DNA from: Candidatus Omnitrophota bacterium
Lineage (GTDB): Bacteria > Omnitrophota > Gorgyraeia > Velamenicoccales > JABMQK01
NCBI GenBank assembly: GCA_028711115.1
Contig: JAQTSV010000001.1
Location: forward strand, 1,030,032 to 1,094,031
Reading direction: 5' to 3'
Length of the DNA stretch: 64,000 nt
The notes beneath the pieces were generated by a model. The model ran no database searches. It was not told where the DNA came from and saw nothing but the letters and a program-made list of their open reading frames with translations. Position 1 is the first letter of the stretch, and each line of letters begins with the position of its first letter. The translations under genes were made by a program, and so were the position numbers. Below, piece by piece: positions 1 to 10,490 of this stretch.

Positions 1-258
1 ATCTGTCTTTAACATATTTACAACAATACGCACAAACAAAGCAAAAGCAATAACCAGGATTACATATAACCGGAAATCGGCATTCTTTATGTCCAGCTTT
101 CTAAATGACAATACCGGAGACTCATATGTCTCCGTAAGCACGAAGTTATACCTGCTGGTGCTCGGGACATATTTTTTGCCGGACAGATTCTGCGATGTGA
201 TGACGCACCCGCCCAAAAGCATCCCCACAACCACTACAAGAATCAATTTCTTTACCAT
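1..258 (-). CDS. putative lipoprotein/membrane protein, partial (runs off left edge)
   Basis: ATG at 258-256 (rc) preceded by AAAGGGGTGG. Translation MVKKLILVVVVGMLLGGCVITSQ... has a lipobox (LLGGC). The frame stays open to base 1 (checked codon by codon). It is absent from the ORF track because no stop lies in the window. Confidence 0.5.
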   Translation of the reverse strand, partial: MVKKLILVVVVGMLLGGCVITSQNLSGKKYVPSTSRYNFVLTETYESPVLSFRKLDIKNADFRLYVILVIAFALFVRIVVNMLKTD

Positions 259-274
259 GTTTCCACCCCTTTCT

Positions 275-1144
275 TTATTTTGTGAACTCTATTGACAGAT
301 CTATAGCTTGCGGCGAATGGGTGAGCGAACCTACGGAGATTCTGTCCACCCCTAAGCCGGATAATTTTCTCACGTTTGAAAGATTTACGTTGCCGGAAAC
401 TTCAAGCTGGGTTTTTTTGTGTGATTTGTTGCGGAGTGCGACGCACTGTTTCATCTCGCGCGCACTCATATTGTCGAGCATTATGATGTCAGGTGCGGAA
501 TTCAGCGCCTCTCTGAATTCCTTGATACCGGTTACCTCGATTTCCACTTCCATATTTTTATTCCTGGATTTGCGGGCGATTTTAATCACCTCGCCTAAAT
601 TCAGGTGTTTATTCTTCCTTCTCAGGGCCGCGATATGGTTATCCTTGATTAAAATCGCCTCGGCCAGGTCATAGCGGTGATTGTAGCCGCCGCCGACTCT
701 TACAGCGTATTTTTCAAGAAGCCGCAGGCCCGGAGTCGTCTTTCTGGTATCCATAATCCTTGCCTTACGAGGTTTAACTTTATCTACGAATTCACGGGTT
801 TGAGTGGCCACGCCTGACAATTGCGACAAAAAGTTAAGCGCTGTGCGCTCACAGGATAAAATTGAACTCACAGAACCGCTTATCTTTGCCAAAGTATCGC
901 CGACTTTAAATTTATCGCCGTCTTTTTTATGTGAAGAAAACTTTATATTCTTATCTACAAGTGCAAATACCTTTTTTGCCACATTAATTCCCGCCAGGAC
1001 GCCGTTTTCTTTTGCGACTATCGCTGCATTGACCTTTAAATTTCCCAGACCAAGGGCTTTGGTTGTGATATCATTTAGGCAGCAATCCTCAGCCAGGACT
1101 TCTTTTATAAAATTATCTAATTTCTGCGCATCAATTGAACGCAC
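275..1144 (-). CDS. nadC: nicotinate-nucleotide (quinolinate) phosphoribosyltransferase
   Basis: 289 aa with NadC-like sequence over the whole length (ERTALNFLSQLSGVAT, IMLDNM). Overlaps the valS stop by 14 nt. Confidence 0.9.
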   Translation of the reverse strand: MRSIDAQKLDNFIKEVLAEDCCLNDITTKALGLGNLKVNAAIVAKENGVLAGINVAKKVFALVDKNIKFSSHKKDGDKFKVGDTLAKISGSVSSILSCERTALNFLSQLSGVATQTREFVDKVKPRKARIMDTRKTTPGLRLLEKYAVRVGGGYNHRYDLAEAILIKDNHIAALRRKNKHLNLGEVIKIARKSRNKNMEVEIEVTGIKEFREALNSAPDIIMLDNMSAREMKQCVALRNKSHKKTQLEVSGNVNLSNVRKLSGLGVDRISVGSLTHSPQAIDLSIEFTK

Positions 1145-3833
1145 GTAAAATCTCCTTGCATTTGCCTATCTTTTCCTTAATTTCGGCAACTCTTTCCTTT
1201 TCGGCTTCCACGACTTCTTCCGGCGCTTTTGCCAGAAACGCCTTGTTTTTCAGGCGCGACTCCTTATCTATTATCATAGCTCTTAATTCCTCAATTTGCG
1301 ACTTAATCCTTTGTTCTTCCTTTTGCGTATCTACTATGCCTTCCAGAGGAATATTTAGCGAAAGGTCTTTGGAAACCACGGAACTTATGCCTTTTTGTTT
1401 TTCTTTCTTGTCTTTGATAAAAATAATTTCTTTAACCTGCGCCAGAGTCTTGATGATTTCTTTGTTTTCATTTATGAGCGCTGCTTTCGCTTTATTTGTG
1501 GTCTGAATCTGAATGTTAATAAATTCATTTACGGGAATCTTAACGTTACTGCGGATATTTCTCACGCAGGTTATGATATCCATAAGAATCTGCATCTGGC
1601 TGTTTACTTTTCTGTCGATAATCTGTTTCTGAATGTGCGGCCAAGATGAGATTGATATGGATTCTTTGACATTCGGAAGCTTTTGCCAGACTTCTTCTGT
1701 TAGAAATGGCATAAACGGATGTAAAATGCGCAGCGACTTTTCAAGAATCTTGTATAAAATAATTTGGGTATTTTTATCATTTATGTTAAGTTTTGCGATT
1801 TCAAGATACCAGTCGCAGAACTTCCGCCAGAAGAATTCATAAATAAGATTTACTGATTCATTAAACCTGTAATTTGCCAGAGCTTTGTCGAGGTCAGCGA
1901 GCATCTGGTAGAAATTGGATAAAATCCAGCGGTCTGCGAGATTGAGATTTTCTTTTTCAAATACAACGCACAAATCCTGGCTTGTGTTTTCTTCTTTCAA
2001 ATTTAAAAGGATAAAACGCGAGGCATTCCAGATTTTGTTGGCGAAATTCCTTCCTTTTTCGAACTTTTCTTTTGAGAGGAATACATCCTGGCCTGTGGAA
2101 GTAAGCGAAACCAAGCTAAATCGCAGCGCGTCGCAGCCGTATTCTTTTATAATATCCAGAGGATCTATGACATTTCCCAGAGACTTAGACATCTTCTTTC
2201 CTTCGATGTCGCGCACTGTGCCGTGAATGTAGACATCGCGGAAAGGAATGTCTTTTCTAAAATATAATCCCGCCATAATCATCCTGGCAACCCAGAAAAA
2301 TATTATTTCCTGCGCCGTGACTAAAGTATTGGTGGGATAGAAATATTCCAGTTCTTTTTTGACTTTCTCATCTTTATTCGGCCAATAAAATGTGGCGAAC
2401 GGCCAAAGCCACGATGAAAACCAGGTATCCAGAACATCTTCATCCTGTTTTAGATTTATAGAATTGCATTTTGAGCAAGTTTTCGGCGTGTCCACGGATG
2501 CGATTATATTTTTGCAATCCTGGCAATACCAGACAGGGATCCTATGGCCCCACCAGATTTGGCGCGAAATACACCAGTCGCGGATATTTTCCATCCAGTT
2601 CAGATAAACTTTTGTCCAGCGCTTAGGGTAAAATTTTATTTTGCCTTTTTTTACGGCTTCAATCGCTTCTTTTGCCAGCGGCTTCATCTTCACAAACCAC
2701 TGTTTGGATAAATACGGCTCGATTACCGTGTGGCATCTGTAACAATGGCCGACTGCGTGAGCGTAGTCGTCTATTTTTTCGATTAATTTTCTTTCGGTTA
2801 AATCTTCTAAAATCGCCTCGCGCGCCTCAAACCTGTCCATTCCGGAATATTCTCCGGCGTTTTCATTCAATACGCCGTTAGGATGTAAAATATTTATGAA
2901 TTGCAATTTGTGGCGCAAGCCCATTTCATAGTCATTGGGGTCGTGGGCTGGAGTTACTTTTACCAAACCTGTGCCGAATTTGGGATCAACAAGTTGGTCT
3001 GCGATAATTTTTATTTCGCGATTCATTAAAGGCAGGATTACAGTTTCGCCGATAAGGTTTTTAAATCTTTTATCTTTGGGATTTACCGCAACCGCAGTGT
3101 CGCCGAGCATTGTTTCGGGACGGGTTGTGGCCACAACGATATAATTTTTGGATTTAGAATTTTGGATTTTGGATTTGTTTCGGATTTCGGATTTAGGATT
3201 TAGGATTTTATCTTTTAACGGATAACGGATATAATAAAGTTTTCCTTCGACATCGTGGTGGGGCGCTTCCTCGTCAGCCAATGCGGTCTGGCAGCGCGGG
3301 CACCAATTGATAATGTAGTCTGATTGATAAATCAGTCCGTCGTTCCAAAGCTCGACAAAAGCTTCTTTTACTGCCCTGGAATAATCCTCATCCATTGTAA
3401 AACGCAGGCGCGGCCAGTCGCAGGAAGCGCCCAGCTTTTTTAACTGGTTTATGATTGTGGAGCCGTATTGGTCTCTCCACTGCCATACGCGCTCCAGAAA
3501 TTTCTCGCGTCCTAAATCCTGGCGCTTCAAGTTTTGCTTGGCAATATCTTTTTCCACCACATTCTGCGTGGCAATGCCGGCGTGGTCTGTCCCCGGCATC
3601 CACAAGGAACTTTCACCTAACATTCTATGGTAACGGATTAAAATATCCTGAATTGTATTATTTAATGCGTGGCCCATGTGCAGGATTCCCGTGACATTGG
3701 GCGGCGGAATGACTATACAGAACGGCTTTTTTGCGGGGTCAGCTTTTGCGGAAAATAAATTATTTTCTGTCCAAAATTTATACCATTTATCTTCGGTTTC
3801 CTGTGGATTATAACGCGAGGGGATTTCTGTCAT
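1131..3833 (-). CDS. valS: valyl-tRNA synthetase
   Basis: 900 aa. HIGH-type motif PNVTGILHMGHA, KMSKS (KKMSKSLGN), TTRPETMLGD, and a C-terminal coiled coil. Confidence 0.97.
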   Translation of the reverse strand: MTEIPSRYNPQETEDKWYKFWTENNLFSAKADPAKKPFCIVIPPPNVTGILHMGHALNNTIQDILIRYHRMLGESSLWMPGTDHAGIATQNVVEKDIAKQNLKRQDLGREKFLERVWQWRDQYGSTIINQLKKLGASCDWPRLRFTMDEDYSRAVKEAFVELWNDGLIYQSDYIINWCPRCQTALADEEAPHHDVEGKLYYIRYPLKDKILNPKSEIRNKSKIQNSKSKNYIVVATTRPETMLGDTAVAVNPKDKRFKNLIGETVILPLMNREIKIIADQLVDPKFGTGLVKVTPAHDPNDYEMGLRHKLQFINILHPNGVLNENAGEYSGMDRFEAREAILEDLTERKLIEKIDDYAHAVGHCYRCHTVIEPYLSKQWFVKMKPLAKEAIEAVKKGKIKFYPKRWTKVYLNWMENIRDWCISRQIWWGHRIPVWYCQDCKNIIASVDTPKTCSKCNSINLKQDEDVLDTWFSSWLWPFATFYWPNKDEKVKKELEYFYPTNTLVTAQEIIFFWVARMIMAGLYFRKDIPFRDVYIHGTVRDIEGKKMSKSLGNVIDPLDIIKEYGCDALRFSLVSLTSTGQDVFLSKEKFEKGRNFANKIWNASRFILLNLKEENTSQDLCVVFEKENLNLADRWILSNFYQMLADLDKALANYRFNESVNLIYEFFWRKFCDWYLEIAKLNINDKNTQIILYKILEKSLRILHPFMPFLTEEVWQKLPNVKESISISSWPHIQKQIIDRKVNSQMQILMDIITCVRNIRSNVKIPVNEFINIQIQTTNKAKAALINENKEIIKTLAQVKEIIFIKDKKEKQKGISSVVSKDLSLNIPLEGIVDTQKEEQRIKSQIEELRAMIIDKESRLKNKAFLAKAPEEVVEAEKERVAEIKEKIGKCKEILRAFN
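3148..3208 (-). repeat. imperfect heptamer tandem repeat (plus strand TNGGATT, about 8 units) inside valS
   Basis: Plus strand reads ttggatt tagaatt ttggatt ttggatt tgtt tcggatt tcggatt taggatt taggatt. It encodes ILNPKSEIRNKSKIQNSKSK in the variable loop between the YPL and VVATTRPET motifs. Confidence 0.8.
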
Positions 3834-3941
3834 GCTAATTGTGCTTTTATAATTATGGATAAATTAAGGAATTGAATTGTAATCATATTATTAACAAATA
3901 GTTACGTAGAAACGACACGATTTTACTCAGAGATTACTTAT

Positions 3942-4673
3942 TTAACAATAATTCTTCTTTAACCAAGTGAATATAAAGATTAGGAAAGTTGTCCCAATCA
4001 AAATGAAAACTGCAATACCTGGTTCTATTTTGATGCCTTGTGTAAAAAGTGTTGCTAAACCCGCAAAAGGATTGTCCTCGAGCTCTTTCATTGATGTATT
4101 GATTGTATAATGCAACAAATCATTCGCTAAAAATAAGCTAATCATAAGCAAAACCGAAGAAACACAAGCAATTAAGGACGCAACCAGGGTAAGTAGGTAT
4201 TTTTTAAGTATTAACGATAACAAAATAACTAGTAATAAAATATGTGCAATATCTCCCGCAACTATTCCAATGTTAATAAATCTATACATGGGTCTCTCTT
4301 TTAAGATTTCCGGCTCGCCTGCCCTATCTATTACTGTCTCTTTAAAATTTTTAACATCTAACTTTGGTTTAGTATCAATTTCGGTGGACGCTATTGATTT
4401 TTTATTTTCAGTGGCCGACCTTGCCATTTCAAAAGACGATATTGCCGACTTTACCATTTCAAAAGCCGATATTGATTGAGTTCCAACGATTGGGGCTTGG
4501 AATTTACTCAAGGGCAAAAAGATAGAAAAGATGGCAATTGCTATTAAGACATAAGATAAAAATTGCAGAATCATACCTAAACTCAATTCTTTCTTATTTA
4601 AATCTTTACCACAATGTTTGCATCTAATTGCTTCATCCTGTATTTCCTCTGCACAATAATGACATTTTTTCAT
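3942..4673 (-). CDS. zinc-ribbon membrane protein, function unknown
   Basis: 243 aa. N-terminal CxxC...CxxC ([19 protein letters not shown]) followed by several hydrophobic helices. Confidence 0.7.
   Translation of the reverse strand: MKKCHYCAEEIQDEAIRCKHCGKDLNKKELSLGMILQFLSYVLIAIAIFSIFLPLSKFQAPIVGTQSISAFEMVKSAISSFEMARSATENKKSIASTEIDTKPKLDVKNFKETVIDRAGEPEILKERPMYRFINIGIVAGDIAHILLLVILLSLILKKYLLTLVASLIACVSSVLLMISLFLANDLLHYTINTSMKELEDNPFAGLATLFTQGIKIEPGIAVFILIGTTFLIFIFTWLKKNYC
4417..4476 (-). repeat. 30-nt tandem duplication (2 copies, 25/30 identical) inside the zinc-ribbon gene
   Basis: gaccttgccatttcaaaagacgatattgcc / gactttaccatttcaaaagccgatattgat. Encodes [10 protein letters not shown] / [10 protein letters not shown]. 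Confidence 0.8.
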
Positions 4674-4778
4674 ACCTTATCTCCAATTTTATTACTAGGG
4701 ACGTTTCATTTGAGAACACCTCAGTCCACTTATCTGTCCCTTTTTGAAACGCCCCCCGATCTTCCAATTATTTTTAGA

Positions 4779-6347
4779 CTACTTCTTCTCCTGATCTTTT
4801 AATAATTTATATTCGATGGAATCAACCAGCGCCTGCCAGCTTGCTTCAATAATATTTTCCGAAACTCCCACGGTAGTCCAGGAATCTTTTTCATCCTGCG
4901 ACTGGATTAAAACGCGCACCTTAGCTGCTGTGCCGGCTTTTTCATCCAGCACCCTTACTTTAAAATCATTCAGGTGCATTTTGGAAAGCGACGGATAAAA
5001 TTGTTTCAGCGCTTTTCGTAATGCGCTGTCCAAGGCATTCACAGGGCCGTCGCCTTCGGAGGCTGTATGTTCCTGGACATTATTTACTTTAAGTTTAATT
5101 GTTGCCTCGGAATAGACTTTATTGTCTTTTCTTTTTTCGATGACAACCTTAAAGCCTTCCAAATCGAAAAACTTTTTATATTTTTTCAGTGCCTTTTTCA
5201 CCAGAATTTCAAATGACGCATCCGCAGCCTCAAATTGATAACCCTGGTGTTCCAAATCCTGGAGTAATTTTAAAATCTTTTTTGTCTGCGGAGATTTTTT
5301 GTCCAAATCCAATTCCATTTCCTGCGCCTTAATTAAAATCGGCGACTTTCCCGCCAATTCCGAAACCAAAACCCGCCTGTGATTTCCCACAAGCTCGGGC
5401 TTGATATGCTCATAGCTCGACGGATTTTTCAAAACGGCATCAATGTGCACGCCGCCTTTATGCGCAAACGCAGAACTTCCCACGAACGGCTGATTTGTCA
5501 TCTGTTTCATATTGGAAATTTCGCTGATAAAATGTGCGGTTTTGGTCAGCTCTTTCAATTTGGCGTCGTTTAAACAATCGATTCCCATTTTAATTTTTAA
5601 AATACCAATGACGGAGACTAAATCTGCGTTACCGCATCTTTCGCCGTAGCCGTTAAAAGTCCCCTGTACCTGCACGCAGCCGCGTTCAACAGCGGCAATG
5701 GAATTTGCCACAGCCAGACCCAAATCGTTATGCGTATGAATTCCTAATGGCAGAGAAATATGTTCTTTGACTTCTTCCAGAATTTCTGCCAATTTAGAAG
5801 TCAACGTTCCGCCGTTTGTGTCGCATAAAATAATTACGTCGGCTCCGGCCTTCTGCGCTGCCTCCAAAGTTTTCAGCGCATAATCTTTATTTGCTTTATA
5901 GGCGTCAAAGAAATGTTCTGCGTCGTAAAAAACCTGTTTGGACTTTGATTTCAGATAAAAAACAGTGTCATAGATCATATTCAGGTTTTCTTCAAGCGTG
6001 GTTTTTAAAACGTCTTTTACGTGTAGATCCCATGTCTTTCCGAAAATCGTGACAATATCCGTCCCTGCCTCGATAAGCGATTTTACATTGGAATCTTTAT
6101 CCACTTTTTCATTTACGCGGCGCGTAGAACCAAAGGCAACCAATTTGGAATTCTTCAAGGGTTTTTTCTTTAATTCCCTGAACAATTCCCTATCTTTGGT
6201 ATTTGACGGCCATCCGCCTTCGATATAGTGAATGCCCAGATTGTCCAATTGCTGGGCAATTCTTACCTTATCGCCAAGCGAATAGGAAATCCCTTCTGTC
6301 TGGGCGCCGTCGCGAAGCGTCGTATCGTAAATAGTAACCTTATTCAT
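4779..6347 (-). CDS. cimA: citramalate synthase (LeuA/CimA family)
   Basis: 522 aa. [16 protein letters not shown] start, GIHTHND, and a LeuA-type C-terminal regulatory domain. N-terminus and length fit the CimA clade. Sits next to lysC, as I recall for Geobacter. 2-isopropylmalate synthase is not excluded. Confidence 0.8.
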   Translation of the reverse strand: MNKVTIYDTTLRDGAQTEGISYSLGDKVRIAQQLDNLGIHYIEGGWPSNTKDRELFRELKKKPLKNSKLVAFGSTRRVNEKVDKDSNVKSLIEAGTDIVTIFGKTWDLHVKDVLKTTLEENLNMIYDTVFYLKSKSKQVFYDAEHFFDAYKANKDYALKTLEAAQKAGADVIILCDTNGGTLTSKLAEILEEVKEHISLPLGIHTHNDLGLAVANSIAAVERGCVQVQGTFNGYGERCGNADLVSVIGILKIKMGIDCLNDAKLKELTKTAHFISEISNMKQMTNQPFVGSSAFAHKGGVHIDAVLKNPSSYEHIKPELVGNHRRVLVSELAGKSPILIKAQEMELDLDKKSPQTKKILKLLQDLEHQGYQFEAADASFEILVKKALKKYKKFFDLEGFKVVIEKRKDNKVYSEATIKLKVNNVQEHTASEGDGPVNALDSALRKALKQFYPSLSKMHLNDFKVRVLDEKAGTAAKVRVLIQSQDEKDSWTTVGVSENIIEASWQALVDSIEYKLLKDQEKK

Positions 6348-6367
6348 TTGTTTGGCCTTTCTTTAAA

Positions 6368-7585
6368 TTAATTCTTGCTCACTCCGAATTTATCGTGAAT
6401 AACCTTTAACGCCTTTTCGGCAAATTTCTTCTGAATGATACAGGAAATACTTATCTCTGAGGTAGAAATCATCTCGATATTGATTTTTATCTTTGCCAAT
6501 ATCTCAAACATCTTGGCTGCCACGCCGGGATGCGACTTCATACCCAAGCCCACAATGGAAATCCTGGCGATATCCGGGTCTTCGATAACCTCTCCTGCGC
6601 CGATTCTGGAGGCAATCCTTCTGGTAATCTTGACCGCCTTGGCAGCGTCGGATTTAACCACCGTAAAAGAAATGTCGGTAATTCTGGTATGGCTGACATT
6701 CTGCACAATCATATCCACGCTTACATTGGTCTCGGCTATTTTTTTAAATATCTTGGCTGCTATGCCGGGACGGTCAGGCACATCGCATATGGTTATCTTG
6801 GTTTCATTTTTATTTAAAGTCACTCCTCTGACTACAACTTCTTCCATACTCTTGGCCTCCTTGATAATCATCGTCCCTTCTTTTTTATGAAAAGATGAAC
6901 GCACGTGTATAGGTATATTAAATCTTTTTCCCATTTCCACAGAACGCACCTGCATAACCTGGGCGCCTAATGACGCCATCTCCAGCATTTCGTCATAACT
7001 AATCTGGTCGATTTTCTTTGCCTTCCTGACGATTCTGGGGTCGGCGGCAAACACGCCCTCCACATCGGTATAAATCTCGCATAAATCCGCCTTGAGTGTC
7101 TGGGCCAAAGCCACAGCAGTCAAATCCGAGCCTCCGCGGCCCAAAGTCGTGATATCCTGATTCAAGGTAATGCCCTGAAATCCAGCCACAATCACAATCT
7201 TTCCTTTTCTTAATTCTTCGTTTATGCGATCGGCGTTGATTTTTAAAATCCTTGCCTTGGTGTGAGTAGCGTCGGTAATAATCCCCACCTGCGCGCCGGT
7301 AAAAGAAATTGCTTCAAAACCCAATTTATGCAAGGCTATGGCTAAAAGCGCCACAGATACCTGTTCTCCGGTGGAAAGCAGCATATCCAGTTCCCGCTCC
7401 GAGGGTTCTTTGGTTATACTATAAACCAAATCCAGAAGCTCGTCGGTAGTATCACCTAAAGCAGAAACAACCACGACTAACTTATGTCCTTTTTTTCTGT
7501 AACCCGCCACTCTTTTGGCAACGGATTTAATCCGTTCTATATTGGCTACAGAACTGCCGCCGTATTTTTGTACAATTAAACTCAT
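6368..7585 (-). CDS. lysC: aspartate kinase
   Basis: 405 aa. VQKYGGSS N-terminus, amino-acid kinase fold, and two C-terminal ACT domains. Confidence 0.93.
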   Translation of the reverse strand: MSLIVQKYGGSSVANIERIKSVAKRVAGYRKKGHKLVVVVSALGDTTDELLDLVYSITKEPSERELDMLLSTGEQVSVALLAIALHKLGFEAISFTGAQVGIITDATHTKARILKINADRINEELRKGKIVIVAGFQGITLNQDITTLGRGGSDLTAVALAQTLKADLCEIYTDVEGVFAADPRIVRKAKKIDQISYDEMLEMASLGAQVMQVRSVEMGKRFNIPIHVRSSFHKKEGTMIIKEAKSMEEVVVRGVTLNKNETKITICDVPDRPGIAAKIFKKIAETNVSVDMIVQNVSHTRITDISFTVVKSDAAKAVKITRRIASRIGAGEVIEDPDIARISIVGLGMKSHPGVAAKMFEILAKIKINIEMISTSEISISCIIQKKFAEKALKVIHDKFGVSKN

Positions 7586-7605
7586 ATCGTTTGTGCTCCT
7601 TGGGT

Positions 7606-9210
7606 TTATTCTTTATTTATGGGATTTCTTTTTATTCTGAAAACCCTGATTACATCTATAGTCATTATAAAAGCCAATATAATTAAAATCAATGAAATAG
7701 CAAATAAAAGATAATTTCCATTCTTAAAATTTACTATTGCCTGATAAACCAGCGCCGCCACCGCAGTCACCAGCATAAAGACAGCCGGATAAAGCGTAAT
7801 CTTTGCAGATTTGTTTTTGGATAAAAGCCAGCAGCTTACTACAAATAAAGCCAGGGCAGCCACTAATTGATTGGACGCGCCAAATGCCGGCCAGAGTTTT
7901 TTCCATACGGGAGTATTGAATTTGTCTTTTACCAGAGCCAAGGCCCCGCCTAAAACCACGACTATCGCCGTGGAAAAATACCTGTTGTTAAAATTAAGCA
8001 GCTCTTCGGTTATGTAACGCGTTATGCGCGTGGCCGTATCCAGAGTCGTAAGTATAAAAGCGTTTAAGATGAGCATTGCCATCATTCCGCCGTAACCGAA
8101 TAAAAAACTTTTAGTAATAACGCCGTAGCCGCTTCCGAATAATACTACAGGGCTGGATTTATCTATTAAAGATTGTTTGCCTAATCCGGCGGATATGGCT
8201 AAAATTGCTATCACCGCCACGAGCCCTTCCATAACCATTGCGCCATAGCCGACTTTTTTTACGTCTCTTTCATTAGCTATCTGTTTGGAGGTGGTGCCAG
8301 ATGAAATCAAGCAGTGAAACCCCGAAATTGCCCCGCAGGCCACAGTCACAAACAGCATCGGCCAGATAAATCCTTCGCCTGAGTTAAATTTTATAAAAGC
8401 CGGCAACTGCATTGGCGGATGAGAAATTACCAATCCCAAAAAACCTGCGGCTACGCCAAAAAATAAAAGATAGCCGGATAAATAATCACGCGGCTGAAGC
8501 AGAATATTCACCGGTAAAACCGAGGCAAAGAAACTGTAAACCAATAATATTACCACCCACCAAGTCAAAGAAACCTTGGTTATAAAAAAGAACTGCCCCA
8601 ACACAATTAATGCGACAAATCCCACAAGGCCTATAACCGTTGCCAGGGCATGGTTTGTTTTAAAACGATAAAGTAATAATCCCACTACCAACGCCAGCGG
8701 GATAAGCCCCAATGAAGGCAAAATAATTCTCGGCTCGTTTACAAAAGTATCTGCGCACAAATAGACAAACACCGCTATTACCAGAATCAACGCCAGCCAG
8801 ACGAATATCGCAAACATAATATGCGCGCGCCTGGAAATTGCCTTGGAAGCAATGGTGCTTATGGAATTTCCGCCTTCCCTTATAGATACTATCAATGAAC
8901 TGAAATCATGGACACCACCCAGAAATATTGCACCTAATACAACCCAGATTAATGCCGGCCCCCATCCCCAGATGCAACAGGCAATAACCGGGCCCACAAT
9001 CGGGCCTGCGCCTGCTATGGATGAAAAATGGTGGCCGAATAAAACCAACCAGTTTCTCGCCGGAACGAAATCCACGCCGTCATATTTGGTCTTGCTGGGC
9101 ACGGGGTTTGCTGAATTTATCTGCCATAGATTTTCTAATTTTCTGGCATAAACCCTATAGCCCCAGATAAACAAGAAGAAGCTGATAATCACAATGACCA
9201 AAGAATTCAT
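7606..9210 (-). CDS. cstA: carbon starvation protein CstA (peptide/pyruvate transporter family)
   Basis: 534 aa polytopic membrane protein with CstA-like sequence (HHFSSIAGAGPIVGP). Confidence 0.88.
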   Translation of the reverse strand: MNSLVIVIISFFLFIWGYRVYARKLENLWQINSANPVPSKTKYDGVDFVPARNWLVLFGHHFSSIAGAGPIVGPVIACCIWGWGPALIWVVLGAIFLGGVHDFSSLIVSIREGGNSISTIASKAISRRAHIMFAIFVWLALILVIAVFVYLCADTFVNEPRIILPSLGLIPLALVVGLLLYRFKTNHALATVIGLVGFVALIVLGQFFFITKVSLTWWVVILLVYSFFASVLPVNILLQPRDYLSGYLLFFGVAAGFLGLVISHPPMQLPAFIKFNSGEGFIWPMLFVTVACGAISGFHCLISSGTTSKQIANERDVKKVGYGAMVMEGLVAVIAILAISAGLGKQSLIDKSSPVVLFGSGYGVITKSFLFGYGGMMAMLILNAFILTTLDTATRITRYITEELLNFNNRYFSTAIVVVLGGALALVKDKFNTPVWKKLWPAFGASNQLVAALALFVVSCWLLSKNKSAKITLYPAVFMLVTAVAALVYQAIVNFKNGNYLLFAISLILIILAFIMTIDVIRVFRIKRNPINKE

Positions 9211-9211
9211 G

Positions 9212-10423
9212 TTAATTACTCCCCTCCCTGAAGAAATATTCTATCAATTCTTCGCCTGTGGAGAATTTGACCAAACTTTCTTTTGCCTTCTGCTCGCTCA
9301 TCTCGCTGAATCCGTTATGCGTAATGCCTTCGCCCATAAGGCCGAAACAAACGCTGTCGGAAACGTGTGTGCGCAGCGATAAAGGTGTGGCATGATCCGG
9401 CAAAACCAGCAATCTGAACTTTTCTTTTGACTGCTGAAAATGCTTTAAAAAAGTTCCCACAATATGTTTGTCGAATCTTTCGATGGCTGTGACTTTCTCC
9501 CTTAAATCGCCGTTGTGGCCTGCCTCATCAGGAGCCTCTACATGCACATAGACAAAATCTTTATTATGCAAAGCCCTGACCGCATAGTCGGCTTTTGCCT
9601 GATAATCTGTGTCGTAATAGGCGGTTGCGCCCGGAACATTTATAACGTCTAATCCTAAAATCCTGCCTAATCCTTTTATTAAATCCACCGCAGAAATTAC
9701 TGCGCCTGTTTTATGAAAACGCTCAAAATACGTGGGCATGCTGGGTTTCTTGCCCTGCCCCCATAACCATATCATATTGGCAGGATTCTCCCTTAAATCT
9801 AACCTTACTTTATTGATTTCGTGCTGCGTTAATAATTCCTGTGATTTGTTCATCAATTCTATCAGCACTTCTTCATTCTTGCCGCGTGGCAAATTTTTGG
9901 ATATTTTCTGATTTAAAATATCATGCGGCGGAATGCATTTTACTTTCTCCAAATCACGCCCTTTATTTTTTATGACAAAGAGATTGCGGTAACTTACTCC
10001 GGCATAGAATTTATAATCTTCGCTTCTGAATTTTCTGTTTAGAAAATCAATCAGAACCTCTGTCTCTTTATTGGAGATGTGGCCGGCGCTGTAATCTACC
10101 ATCTGGTCTTCGCTGGCAGTAATTAAATTGCAGCGGAAAGCCACGTCGTCATCTTTGAGCTCCACGCCTAAGTTTGCCGCCTCCAAAGGCCCTCTGCCAG
10201 AATAATATTTTGCCGGGTCATAACCTAAAATGGACATATTAGCCACGTCTGAGGCAGGTGTCATTCCCTTGGGGATAGTAGAAACCTGTCCCAAGGTTCC
10301 TTCCTTGGCTATTAAATCCATATTGGGGGTATAAGCTGACTCCAGCGGCGTTTTATCTGCCAACGCAGGATTCGGATAGTCAGCCATTCCGTCGGGAACC
10401 AGAATTACATACTTCATCATCAT
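9212..10423 (-). CDS. cofactor-independent phosphoglycerate mutase (ApgM) family protein; proposed non-canonical homoserine kinase
   Basis: ApgM-type metalloenzyme sequence (LVPDGMADYP, HVEAPDEAGH, VLPDHATP). The track start at 10441 is TTG. The ATG cluster at 10423-10415 is the more likely start, so the start is uncertain. Lies in a Thr-pathway cluster that has no thrB. Confidence 0.75.
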   Translation of the reverse strand: MMMKYVILVPDGMADYPNPALADKTPLESAYTPNMDLIAKEGTLGQVSTIPKGMTPASDVANMSILGYDPAKYYSGRGPLEAANLGVELKDDDVAFRCNLITASEDQMVDYSAGHISNKETEVLIDFLNRKFRSEDYKFYAGVSYRNLFVIKNKGRDLEKVKCIPPHDILNQKISKNLPRGKNEEVLIELMNKSQELLTQHEINKVRLDLRENPANMIWLWGQGKKPSMPTYFERFHKTGAVISAVDLIKGLGRILGLDVINVPGATAYYDTDYQAKADYAVRALHNKDFVYVHVEAPDEAGHNGDLREKVTAIERFDKHIVGTFLKHFQQSKEKFRLLVLPDHATPLSLRTHVSDSVCFGLMGEGITHNGFSEMSEQKAKESLVKFSTGEELIEYFFREGSN

Positions 10424-10490
10424 ATCTTTATTCTTTCCCAATACTCACTTATGGGGAATTTTCGAATATTCCACACTCGTAAGCGTGGGG

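Noticed and set aside
89-295. 68-aa plus-strand ORF at the left edge
   Set aside because: It is antisense to the partial lipoprotein gene (1-258), which has an RBS and a lipobox.
3140-3215. GGATTT-rich repeat considered as a mini-CRISPR or intergenic satellite
   Set aside because: The units are 7 nt with no spacers. The repeat lies in frame inside valS, with conserved ValRS motifs on both sides.
4674-4778. Imperfect ~10-bp long-range stem (GGGGCGTTTCA…TGAAACGTCCC on the minus strand) between cimA and the zinc-ribbon gene, considered as a riboswitch or terminator
   Set aside because: It has one mismatch, a 36-nt loop and no T tract. It resembles no RNA family I know. The support is too weak to call.
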